Below, piece by piece: positions 24,042 to 36,109 of a stretch of DNA of 64,000 nucleotides. The notes under the pieces are model-generated. The model was given only the letters and a program-made list of their open reading frames with translations, ran no database searches and was not told the DNA's origin. The position numbers were made by a program, and so were the translations under genes. Every line of letters begins with the position of its first letter. The first letter of the stretch is position 1. Location of the stretch: the NCBI GenBank assembly GCA_043228905.1, contig JBHGNT010000009.1, positions 13,020,001 through 13,084,000 on the forward strand, written 5' to 3'. This DNA is from Azolla caroliniana. Lineage: Eukaryota; Plantae; Polypodiophyta.

Positions 24042-26831
24042 GGTGTTGTCCGCCGGAATAGTAACCGACGCACAAGAGCGCAGGAATAGGGAATAATATA
24101 AATTGTAACACATGTAACGGTTCACGTAGGAAGCGTGAACGGCTAAAAGACCCTGCATATATAAAGGGCAGAAAACCTCTGATAGAGGTAGCGTGTAATT
24201 TTGGAATGTAAAGAAGCGTATCATAATAGAATTCTATCTTCTCTAATATCTGTGTATAGCTACGGCTAATCTACTTTGTGTTTGTAAAACCTAAGAGTGT
24301 AGAAGTAAGCAACGGTGAGAGTGTAGCCACTGTTAAGGAGCTCGGTTGTAGCAGTCTCCCTTATACGCTGTTAGGTTACGGGGAACATTCCCCTACGGAT
24401 TACGCACAAACGCTACCATTCGTTGTCAAACAGTCACTTGGAGGTCTAGGTCGAAGGACTGACCGTAGACCGTGTTCCCAATCAGTAACACTTAGGGCAA
24501 AAAGGTTCACACAAACATCCTTCGAGGTTAAAAATTGGGATGGGGTTATTTCCTTCGTGCACGACCTGACACTTATGAAGACGTAGACATGTGGATGACA
24601 CAAACTTGGGGCTCATCACAACCCGAGTCACGGAGAGGTTTCCACGTCACTCAATTGAAGAAGGATTATATCATTGAACTAAAGTCACGATATGAACAAG
24701 TTTATGTTATGAAACATATCCTAAACAATGAGGTAGGATCTGTCTTTGCACGTGCATTTTCATGTAAACTCCATGGTGGCATTGAAGTTGATTGGGAAGA
24801 TTTTGCTCATCATCGATCATCACATTATAGAGGGTCCTCAAGTACCAACACTACCATGAAGTCTGAGGGTACCTCTCATATTGAAACCCTAACTCGGACA
24901 TCTATGTTGACTCAACAAATTGCAAAAAAGAAAGCCACACTGACAGAAAAACATGAAGAGCGATTGTTGCGTTGTATGCTATTCCATGCAAACAAAAATG
25001 CAAGCACTGTTGGCCGATTTGGAAGAAGTTTCATTTGGTGAGATGGCAGCAGAGAAACAATTCACATCCAGGTCGATTACATACGAATGGATTGCATCAA
25101 CAATCCAAAATTCTGAAATTGATGTGTTGAAAGAGGAATTGAAGAAGGAGGTCACAAGTATGGGCACTCATCTGGAAGCACAGAAGAAAGTTCTAGAGAC
25201 ATGGCGGTCTTCTCGTAATGAAATTGATGAGTAGTTATCAACCTTAAAGTTGCATTCAGAGAATCTAACATGTTTGATGAAGGGTCTAAAAGAAAAAGGT
25301 TTAGATACTCTATGTCCAGACGTAGTTGAGCACCCCGCTTGCATGGAAAGTACAAATAGAAGCATTACTATATCACGATAATGGTTTATATTTCTCCTTT
25401 TTGACCTTCTATGGTATAAAATATCATTGGTACTAATATAGTGTATGTCGTGTCTCATTACTGAAGGTGTTTATTCTGTGGCCTTGGATTCAAGCTTGAG
25501 GCTATGGATGCTATCATTACACCATGATTACACACATATCATTTGTTATGTGCTAAGTACCATTTCGAGAAAGAAAATATATGTTTGGATTGTAAAAGTA
25601 CAGTTGGCGTCGAATGGTACCTAGCTTGGGGTTTAAAAGCACACTCCTATGGTACTTGATTAAGCATTATGTAATTTTTATACTATGATTTTATAATTTT
25701 ACTTTTGGATCTGTTCTTACAGTTGGATCCAAGATGATCAGTCGATTTAGTGCAGATTATTTAGTACTAAATGTCTTAAATGTTTAGTTGTATAACTTGT
25801 ATTAGTATTAACACTGTTTATTGCATTATTGCTTTGCATGATTAAGTACTAACAATACTTATTTCATTGTATTACTTCGTGATCATTTGATTCAGTATTG
25901 ATTATTTAGTACGGAGAGTCTTAAATGTTTAGTTGTATAACTCGTATTAGTACTAACATTGGTTAATTGTATTGTACTTTTTGTGTCCACTTTACTTAGG
26001 CTTTCCATAACCGAACAAATAGGCATGTCGGTCTTGGTTGTTTAGTACTAACATTGCTCATTACCATCAGAAATATGCATGTCTAGGTGGTTCAGTACTA
26101 TTCCTTTAAGATCCTAAGATGTTGATTAAGTACTAACAGTACTTTTTGAGTCCACTTGACTTAGGCTTTGCATAACCGAACAAATAGGCATGAAGGTCTT
26201 TGCTTTTTAGTGATAACATTGTTCATTACCAGATGAAATATGTGTGTCTAGGTGGCTTAGTACTAATCCTTTAAGTTCCTAAGATGTTGATTAAGTACTA
26301 ACATTACTTAATACATTGTATTCCTTTATGATCAATTGATTCAATATTGATTATTTGGTACGAAGGGTCCTAAATGTTTAGTTTTATAACTTGTATTAGT
26401 ACTAACATTCCTTATTGCATTGTACTTTTTGTGCCCACTTGAATTAGGCTTTGCATGACCGAACAAATAGACATGAATGTGTTGGCTTTTTAGTACTAAC
26501 ATTGTTTGGATCCAGATGAAATATGCATGTCCAGGTGGATCAATACTATATTTGTTATTTTGGACTCATGTTATAATATGTACTCTTATAATATGTATGC
26601 TTATAATATCAATGTTGTAGTTTCTAGCAACACCACACCAGGGAAGGTAATTGACAAACCAAGCCCCACGTTACTACGTACAGAGTCTGCTGCAAATTCC
26701 AAAGTCCACGGTCGTTCCTTAGTGGTACTTGATGAAGTTTATGATGAAGATGAATGTATGAGAAAGGCCATTGGAACAATTGAAGATGTGATTCTTGAAA
26801 CAAAATCTCCTAGCTCGGCACGCCCTGACTC

Positions 26832-27029
26832 TGTGAGTGGTAATGCTAATTGTGTTTGCCTTTCTAAATTTTGAAATGTTGGTATACTACTAATTTATTA
26901 TGTTTCTATGAAAGAGCCTACAAAGAAGCGTGTGAGTGGTAATGCTAATTGTGTTTGCCTTTCTAAATTCTGAAATGTTGGTATACTACTAATTTATTAT
27001 GTTTCTATGAAAGAGCCTACAAAGAAGCG
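26832..27029. repeat. 99-bp tandem duplication
   Basis: TGTGAGTGGTAATGC...AAGAAGCG occurs at 26832 and 26931. Confidence 0.9.
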
Positions 27030-27172
27030 TAATGCTGCAAGGAAATTGTACAGAAAGGGGAAAAAATGCAAAGTTGATTGTTGTGGTGGGTAATACAAAT
27101 TCTCACAAACTTGTGGCTGTTGTCATCTTGATGAGTTAGACTAATACTGCATACTAATTTTTGTTTTTAGAT

Positions 27173-29947
27173 TGTTAATCCTAGGGCCAGACAACAGCCT
27201 AACACAGGGTGTCCACTTAAATAGTACAAGAGGGGGTAGATACATAGGGGTGTAAGCCCCCTCGAGCATTCATACTGGACACTCACTTACACCTCCTCGT
27301 ATCCATGCACATGCACACACGTGTGCATGTGTTCACATACGTATAGACTCATAATTACATTTATGCCCCCTACACATACACAACAACATCATCATAACAT
27401 TCGATCCTCACTCATCACACTTGACTCTCCGTACATCTCGTACGGGGTAACACAATATGGCACGCCCGTGGGAGAGTGCCTTGCACGTCGATCCCACATG
27501 CCTTGATGATGATATTTCTTCGATCGGGACTTCCATCGGTCCTTTCAACGATCGACTCCCTCGATCGGAGTGCTTGACTCGAACATCTTTGTCGGTCAGC
27601 AAATCTTTGACACGAACATTCTCGTTTTGTCGGCTTAGGAACTTCGTCATGGGTCCAAAATCATGTTGTGTATATGTATGTTCTTCCTTTGTTTTGAGTG
27701 TGTGTGAGTAGTCTTGGGGATTTTCAAAATTTTGGTGGTGCCCTCTTGTTTTTTTAAAATTTTGATATGTACCCTTATGTTGATGAAATTTTCTCGTTAC
27801 GTCGTCATAATTGTTTTTTTTTTTATTTAAAAATTTTGTTCGTGCCCCTATTCTCTTTCCCTCTCTTTTTATATATTATTATTATTACATATTTTCCTCC
27901 TATTCTCCTAGTGGGAAACAATGTTCTTCTTTCTTTTTTTCTTCTCGTCGTTTCTCTGTTTCTCTCTTCTATACTTCTTCTTCTCTCTATTTCTCCATCT
28001 TCTTTTCTCGTTTTTCTTTCTACTTCCACCATCACTATGTCTAATGTGCTCGCTGTTTTTGTTTGTCCGGTTCAGTCGTTGTCTTGGCCTTCGTTGACTA
28101 TGTAAACGCCTCCATCAGCGGCCTTCTCCCTTTGGCGGGATGTTATCTCTCTCCATTTAACGCTTTCGATTGTCCGGCCATTTCGGTTGCATTTCGGCCA
28201 CTTCTACGCATTTTAGCCGCCCTGACCGCAATCGGCTGCTTTCCGGTCGCCGCCCCTATTCTGCCGTCATCATCATTGTTCCGACCACTCTTTGATTGCT
28301 TATTTGATCCGGCCATTGTGTTCATTTGTTTGGCCTGTTTGGTTGTCTCTTCTAGTCTGTTCCGGCCATTCGTCCTCCCGACTCTTTGTGTCTGTTTGTG
28401 TCGATGTCATTGTTCTGGCCATCGAGCCGTCTTAGTCTGAACCGTTCAGGCTAACTTTGTTAGATGTGTCTCTGTATCCAACCGTCTCTGTCGTTTCTTC
28501 GTCGTCCGGCTCCGTAGCTTTTCGGTGTCAATGTTCCATCGTCTGGCCGTTGCCGTTGCTATGGCTGTGCATTTCGGCTATTGTCTCCGTCGCTCTTTGA
28601 CTCTGTCTGGCCGTCGTCCCGCTATTTGTCCATCTCCATCTTCGTTGTTGTCTGGCATCGTCCGCTCCGGCCGCCTCCGTTCCGGCGCTTTTCGGCATCG
28701 GTGTCGTCGTTCCTTTGGAACCGGACATTCTGTTCATTTGTCCGGCCCATTCCGGCCAGTCTGTGTCTGGCACCATTGCTTTAGGGACGGGGGCCGCCTT
28801 TGTTCAGACGCTTGTCCGACCGCGACTGCAACTGTTCCAAACGTGCTTTGTCATTGTTTCGGTCGTCACTCTTGTTGCCGCCGCTTTGGGCGTTGTCACC
28901 ATATTCCGGCCAGTGCCTCCGACGTTTGGTGCCTCCGACTGTGTCTTTCTAGTGCTGTTGGTTTCTCTGGTTGTCAATGTCTTGTCTGCATCTGCATCTC
29001 CTTCTCCGCCTTTTATGACCCTTCCGTGTTAACCAACTCTGGTTCTTGTTCTGATTCTAGTTCCGACTCTCTCCGCGTTGTTTCTTCTGGAACCATTGCC
29101 CGTGCATTCTCAACACATCCAACCGGTCTTCGCTCCACACACTGCAACTTTCTCCGCACTCTCCTGGTGGGCTTCTCTTTCCGGTCGTGCTGGCACCGGT
29201 TCCCTTTGCGTTGTTGTTTGTCCAGTCGTGCATCTTGCACCACGCTTTTGAGAACACGCACATTGTCGCTAACTGCTTTCGGAAACACGCACATGGACAC
29301 TAAGCGCAACCTCGCACAAACATTGTTGCCATTCATGCATTCCTCCATACACTTCCTCCAACATCTTCACCGTCATTTTCGCGTTTCACCATTTCTTACA
29401 CTTAGTTGCTATGGCTTGCACATCCGCGTATCATTCTTTGACTCCGTCTCCAAAGGGGGTTCGCCTTCGTAGTTGCCAAAAGGTGTGTTAATCCTAGGGC
29501 CGGACAATAGCCTAACACAGGGTGTCCACTTAAGACACTTCACCAAAGGGTGGTACGGCAGAATGACTTAGGGCACAACGCTTAATTAGACCTTAATTGG
29601 TTACTTAGCAATTCGTAATTAACATGCCTAAGATATAACAATGAATACAGAACGGTAATCAAAACTGGAAGATTAAGACAATAAGCTCTATTAATTATCC
29701 GCTTCTGATTACATTATAACCGGGCCTTTATATAGGTCTCCGGTGTGAAATACAAAATGGTGCCACCCGGCACCTTTACGGGATCGGTTCGGATCCGGAT
29801 CGGCATACCGATTCCGGTCCGTCCGTCCACATCTTCTCATATATTAATATCTATATTAAGATTACTAATTACAACTGTTCCCGAATAAACTATTCCTTTT
29901 CACACTTTGATTTGGACCTCCTTAAGCCTTCTTGCCAGCCGGTAACA
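27173..29947 (-). mobile_element. Non-autonomous LTR element with discordant LTRs (5' LTR R-family 29486-29947; 3' LTR S/R chimera 27173-27452)
   Basis: TSD TAGAT/TAGAC. PBS TGGCAACTACGAAGG at 29464-29478. The internal region is non-coding and homologous to 40972-43094. Confidence 0.9.
27458..27497 (-). other. tRNA-Arg 3'-end-like motif with hairpin at the PPT position
   Basis: GTGGGATCGA-CGTGCAAGGCACT-CTCCCACGGGCGTGCCA, 5 nt before the 3' LTR. Confidence 0.85.
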
Positions 29948-31126
29948 TAGACAAGGAAGAAAAGAGTAATGAAAATGGAATTATAGATTCAGAGCCACAA
30001 TATGAAGAAGAATTTATCTCACTTCCAGGTACATGTTGATAGCATATTACTTCGCGTGACAATATTACTTCACATGACAATAATGTACATGTGTATTAAT
30101 ACATAGGGCATGATGAAGAGCCCCAAGTTGAAACCGGGATCATCCCAAGCAATAATGACGATGTAACAGTAGGTAAACATTTGTCCCTTAACCTTAATCA
30201 TTTGGCTAGATGCCTTCCCTTTTTCAGAATGTGAATTGATATTGTTATTGGATCACTTTACTGTTATTTAGGAGTAGAAGAGCATGTAGATTCACAAATA
30301 CCATCAGATGATTCAGGTAGTTTATGGAGCAATCTTGATTATTCTAGCTCAGATGCTAACACACATGAGGAATGTGAGATCAGTCAAAAAGAGGAGCTGG
30401 AGTGTGAAAAGCCGGAGGTGACAAGCAACTTTGCAATGGAGTCTACAGAGAATGTGAAAATGACCCAAGGAGAGAATGAGGTGTGTGTCCAAAACACCAC
30501 AAGCAGCCTTAATCTAGGGCAAGGATGTAACATTAAGTAGACCCCTGCAGCTACCCAAGAAGGAGAGTGTGGTACTACAAATGAGGTGTCTGTCCAAAAT
30601 ACTGGAAGTAGGTTGCACTTGGAGCACTCTAATAATGTGGTAGTGGTGTCTACCCAAGGAGAGGAACATGTTTGTACTCCTAATAATGTGGTAGTGGAAA
30701 CTACCCAAGATGAGGAACATGTTAGTACTCCTAATAATGTGGTAGAGGAGCCAGAAAAGTTGAAGAATGACACGTCCAATGACCTCCAGCAGATTTCTGG
30801 TAAGACTATCGACCGCATCTTCTTGGAAGTGTGTGCATCTCAGGTAGTTGCAACAGAGCACATTGTTCCCTCCAGGTTGGCTTCACCCTCCGATGATGAG
30901 TTGCCACTAAGTAGTTTACTACCTCGTGGTTTTAAGATGAAGAAGGGTGTGAAATCTGAGAAGAATGAAACCAAAAATAGGCGCATTACAAGATCTAGAA
31001 AAAACTAAAACCAAAGTTTATTGTATATTGATCGTTTTAATTTATAGGAATGCTAAGTCATTGATTACCATCATCTTGACATAGTTTTAATTTACTTGTT
31101 ATGCACACATGTCATGGTGACACAAC

Positions 31127-31930
31127 TTTAGTACTAACGATAAGTTTATTGTATCTAGGTTGTTGTTTGTAATTGATAGGAATGTTAAGTTATTGTTTAC
31201 CCTCATCGTGACATTGTGTTGGTTTACTTGTTATGCAAACATGTGACAATGAGAAGATGAGTGATGTGTGATGAGTGCCACTACTTTGATACATATGTCT
31301 ACGGATGCAAACTCTTAACATAGCTTTAGTACTAACGATAAGTTTATTGTATCTAGGTTGTTGTCTGTAATTGATAGGAATGTTAAGTTATTGTTTACCC
31401 TCATCGTGACATTGTGTTGGTTTACTTGTTATGCAAACATGTGACAATGAGAAGATGAGTGATGTGTGATGAGTGCCACTACTTTGATACATATGTCTAC
31501 GGATGCAAACTCTTAACATAGCTTTAGTACTAACGATAAGTTTATTGTATCTAGGTTGTTGTCTGTAATTGATAGGAATGTTAAGTTATTGTTTACCCTC
31601 ATCGTGACATTGTGTTGGTTTACTTGTTATGCAAACATGTGACAATGAGAAGATGAGTGATGTGTGATGAGTGTCACTACTTTGATACATATGTCTACGG
31701 ATGCAAACTCTTAACATAGCTTTAGTACTAACGATAAGTTTATTGTATCTAGGTTGTTGTCTGTAATTGATAGGAATGTTAAGTTATTGTTTACCCTCAT
31801 CATGACATTGTTCTGGTTTACTTGTTATGCAAACATGTGACAATGAGAAGGTGAGTGATGCGTGATGAGTGACACTACTTTGATACATATTTCTACGTTA
31901 GCAAACTCTTAACACAGATTTAGTACTAAC
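31127..31930. repeat. Tandem repeat, 4 x 198 bp
   Basis: The GTAC of TTTAGTACTAAC recurs at 31131, 31329, 31527, 31725 and 31923. Confidence 0.95.
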
Positions 31931-32230
31931 TTGACATGCATTCTACTAACTTTGATACATATGAACTCCTAAAGAGTTATAAGCACACATATGATACATA
32001 TGAACTACTAAAGAGTTATAGGCACACATATGAACTCTTAACTTTGATACTAACGTAGGCTCCAAGCACTAGACAATTCATGTAAAAGAAACATACATAT
32101 CTAAACCAAAGAGGAATATTGTCAGAAAACCCAAGATAAATATGAAAACCGGTTTTGATATATTTCCTTTCACGTGTAAGTCAGAGTTTGAGTACATGCA
32201 AAAGTTACATTAGACACAACACTTGCCATT

Positions 32231-35200
32231 CTAGGCATTAAAGAGGGAGACCTCCCCCAATATGTGTTCGTGTATCCCTTTGGGGACTTTGTAGATTGTG
32301 TTGTATCCCTTAACCTTGTGCTTTGCTTGAGTCATTTTGAACTTGATTGCGATAATGGCATCAACATAGATAATTGCGGTGGGTGCATCTTTTAACAATG
32401 CATATGTGTTCTTGCATTGTGGCAACTTTGCATAGTAGTTGCCATACACGACAGACTCACCAACATTGAACATGTTGCCCCAACCACCCCTCACGACTTC
32501 TTCCAATATTGTATTTCCTTGCTTGCACACCACAACATAGTAGTCTTCAAAATCTTCACTCTGAGGAGATTTGAGCACTGCAAAATGATCTCCAATTTCC
32601 AATAATGTTGCCAAGTCCTCACACTGGTTGTAGTAGACAATATTGTCTGAATGTTCGTTTTCTTGGATATTCACGCTGTCTTCTATCTCTAGCTTCTGTA
32701 GCTTCCATGGCTCCACAATTGATAGATTGGTGCATTCATCCCAAGCTTCATCTAAACACATGGAACAAAAGCAAGATAAACTGCGGAATAACAATTGTGT
32801 TGTGTCCTTGCGACTAAACCCTAAAACACAATGGGTCTTGCACGTCCCTTTCACGGTTTTACAACTGTATGATTTACTCCTATCCACCTCATTAGCACGA
32901 ACCTCAATAAAAAATCTATTCTTACCATCATTTGACATCTTCCATGTGAGCCACTCCACAACATCATGTGCATTTTGTAGCTTAGCACCATTATTATCCA
33001 ACTGCTCCGATGTAAGAGCACGCTTGATCACAACCCCCGCGCCATGGTGCTCTCCCTTTCCATGTCTAGACCCGATGTAGTTCCATTGCATCCTAATGTT
33101 TGTCAATGAGAAGTATTTGGGTGTTTTGCATGATAGTTAGCCAACAAACATAATTAATTGCATGACTTAAACCATAATTATTACTTATACATGAGTGAAC
33201 AATACTAATATTTGAATCAATACAAATGAACAAGAGAGGATAACACTAAGTTATTGATTAGTACTAATGCACGAGAGAAGATAATACTAAGTTGGAAATT
33301 AAAACTAAAAAATGAGAGAGGGAAGTGGTAAGTTATTAATTAGTACTGATGCACGAGAAAGGATAGTACTAAGTTGGAAATTAGTACTAACAAACGAGAG
33401 AGGGGAGTGGTAAGTTACTAATCAGTACTAATGCATGACAGAGAACAACCATAAGTTATAAGTTGGTCGTAATGTACAGAGTTGGAGAGTACTAAGTTAT
33501 TAATTAGTACTAATGCATGACAAAGGACAGTCCTAAGTTATAAGTTGGTCTTAATGAACAAAGTTGGATAGTTCTAAGTTTGTAATTAGTACTAATGCAT
33601 GACAATGGACAGTCCATAGTACTAAGTTGGTCTTAATGAACAAAGTAGGACAATTCTAAGTTTGTAATTAGTACGAATGCATGATAGTGGACAGTTCATA
33701 GTACTAAGTTGGTCTTAATGATCAAAGTAGGACAGTACTAAGTTAATGGATAGTACTAATGAACAAATTAGTACTAACGAACAAAGTTGAATATAGCTAA
33801 GATATGAATTGGTACAAACGTTACTAAGAGGGGGTAATCCTAAGTTATAATTTAGTACTAGTGCATGACAGTGGACAGTCCTAAGTTATAACTTGGTCTT
33901 AAAGAACAAAGTTGGATAGTTCTAAGTGATTAATTAGTACTAATGCATGACAGTGGACAATCCTGAGTTATAAATTGGTCTTAATGAACAAAGTTGGACA
34001 GTACTAAATTAATGGATAGTACTAATGAACATGGTTGGATAGTACTAAGTTAATAATTAGTATTAATGAGAGAGAACAATCCTAAGTTATAAATTAGTAC
34101 TAATGAACAAAGTTGATTATAGCTAAGTTACTCATTAGTACAAAGATTACTGAGAGGGGGCAATCCTAAGTTATAATTTAGTACTTGTACATGTGCACCT
34201 TTGGGGACAATACTATATTGTAAATTACAGATACATTACAAGGCCTCAACCTTAATTAGTACTTGTACACGTAGGATGACAATACTAACCTGTAAGTTAA
34301 GTTTACTTAGCATTGTTATTACCATAATCAGTACTAGTGAATCTAGGTGCATGTCATTTAGTATTTTATACAAACATTTCTAAGTACTATGGAGTATTAC
34401 CAAAATAAACTTCCATTTATAAGTACCAAACATATGGATTATTTCCTCACCTTGCAATGAAGTAGAAGGACCAGGCCGCCTTAAATTGCGAGGCAACACC
34501 ATCAGACCAAACCCAATGCCGATTAAAGTTAACATCCAAGGACAAATAATCTGCATGGTGAAGCTTAAAACAATGTTGAACAAATAGCGTATCGTGTTTT
34601 TTATCATCTGAAATGTAGAATATTGATTTCTTATGTAACTCACCGTCTTTTCTCCAAGAGCAAATATGTACAAGTATTGTACATTGGTCATTATACCAAT
34701 GCATTGATTGAACCTCATTTTGAACTTTAAACGTATAGTTCTTTGCAAAGCCAATAATGGATACTATAACATCTGGTGGTAAGTTATTTATACATTCCTT
34801 GAACTGTGAATTTTGCCAATAATTCCTAAAGTTATGTGGAATGAACTCCTCGAGTTGGTTCTTAAACTCTGAGACAAGGGTAGCAACACATGTCTCCTTA
34901 TATACTTCCTTGATACGCTTACTAACAAGACCCTTACCTATATTTTCTGTCACATACTCTAAATATTTCCATTTCACAATATGACAATTATCTACATCAA
35001 GCTCTTGTCTACAAAATGGTGGTTGTGGGCAAACTTTACATGTTCTTAGAAGACATGTACGATTATGCCACTCAGATGATGGTTGTTTTTCACAAACAAA
35101 AGACCTCCATATCTCAGAAAACCGATGCGTAAGTCATGTTTCGTGCAGTACATCTATTATCACTCCCATTTGGTCTACATACCTCACAAGTGCAAACACA

Positions 35201-36109
35201 CCCATCCCCGCATATACCCTTAGAATCAATACGCATACTGTTCAGGCCAAGCCTTAACATGACCATTTTAATGTGGTACACACAACAACATGTGTTCCTC
35301 TCTTTTAACTTTCTAACAAAAAACGGTTTCAAACCTTGGAACTTGCGAAATCCAAGGTTGATGTTATGATGTTGGTCTGTGAAGTTCATGAACAATTCCG
35401 CCTACATCACTCAATAAATAACAAATGTTAATAGAATCCTTTAGTACAAAAAAATATTTAAAAACAAATAGATAAAAACAAAAGAATTACCTCAGTCATC
35501 TCCAAGAAGTGTCTTGTTTTTACCCCGACTGATACGTTGTCTACATACATCTTTTTTATTTGGTGAGACACGAGTGTTTTTTGTCCAAAAGGAATCCACT
35601 TTCTCAACAATCTCTTGAGACAAGGCATCACATCGTCATCTACGGCCTAACCCCAACCACTTAAATTGATTTGACTGTATATTTGTCTGATGCTTCCTCA
35701 AGTTTCTTCTTTGAATACTAAGGGCTAAGGCAACTTTAGTATCACTATATTTTCTTTTGGTTGTACCATTTACAACCATGTGAAGGGCTGCTCTTTTTGC
35801 ACCAAGCTTATCTATGCTCTCTACCCCTTTCACTAAGTGTACTGATGACTTCATAGACTCTACAATCTCCTCTAAAACACATTGGTCCCTAATCTTAATA
35901 TTTTCCATGCACTCATTCAAAAGTTGATGGTGTAACACTCTAGAGATAATATCCCTACGATCTTCCTTGGTAAATCTCTCAATTACTTCTAGTAAATAAC
36001 GAACTATGTGAAGAACCACCCGTCTCTTGCTCCTCTCAGACATAGAATTGCTACATGACAACTCACTCTCCTTGACATCTACCATTGCCACTCTCATGTA
36101 TTCCAACAC
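32231..36109 (-). pseudogene. Sola2-type DDD transposase, at least 3 exons (introns ~33117-34450 and 35402-35490)
   Basis: Motifs (D>G)FAKNY..EVQSMHW..ISDDKKHD..WSDGVASQFK..WNYIGSRHGKGEH(D>H)GAG..KR, plus Cys-rich segments. GT donors at 34450 and 35490. Catalytic residues appear mutated. Confidence 0.8.
33190..34390. repeat. Degenerate tandem array built on the TTAGTACTAA palindrome, inside the transposase intron
   Basis: Repeated TAAGTT...ATTAGTACTAATG units and variants throughout the intron. Confidence 0.85.

Larger units (their letters stand above)
15870..24517 (+). mobile_element. Ty3/Gypsy element B, relative of A, 5'-truncated (no 5' LTR seen), with ORF3 and 3' LTR
   Basis: gag, pol and ORF3 are collinear with element A. 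The 3' LTR starts TGTTGTCC at 24044, with TATATAA near 24158. The right end (ACAAACA, 24517) is inferred. Confidence 0.88.
24535..31008 (+). pseudogene. Multi-exon accessory gene of the DNA transposon (globular domain ending GxxVDW, coiled coil, acidic repeats, basic C-terminus)
   Basis: ORF pieces 24535-25041, 24953-25234, ~26627-26830 and 30272-31008, with GT..AG-bounded AT-rich spacers. It ends with the NLS-like KNRRITRSRKN*. Confidence 0.55.

Noticed and set aside
28525-29472. 315-aa ORF, and the similar long ORFs at 41602-42718
   Set aside because: These come from low-complexity, strand-biased sequence that is open in several frames. They show no domain motifs, and I saw no conserved frame between the two related elements.
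31127-34390. CRISPR-like array
   Set aside because: The units are whole tandem duplications or degenerate repeats without unique spacers. The context is eukaryotic and there are no cas genes.
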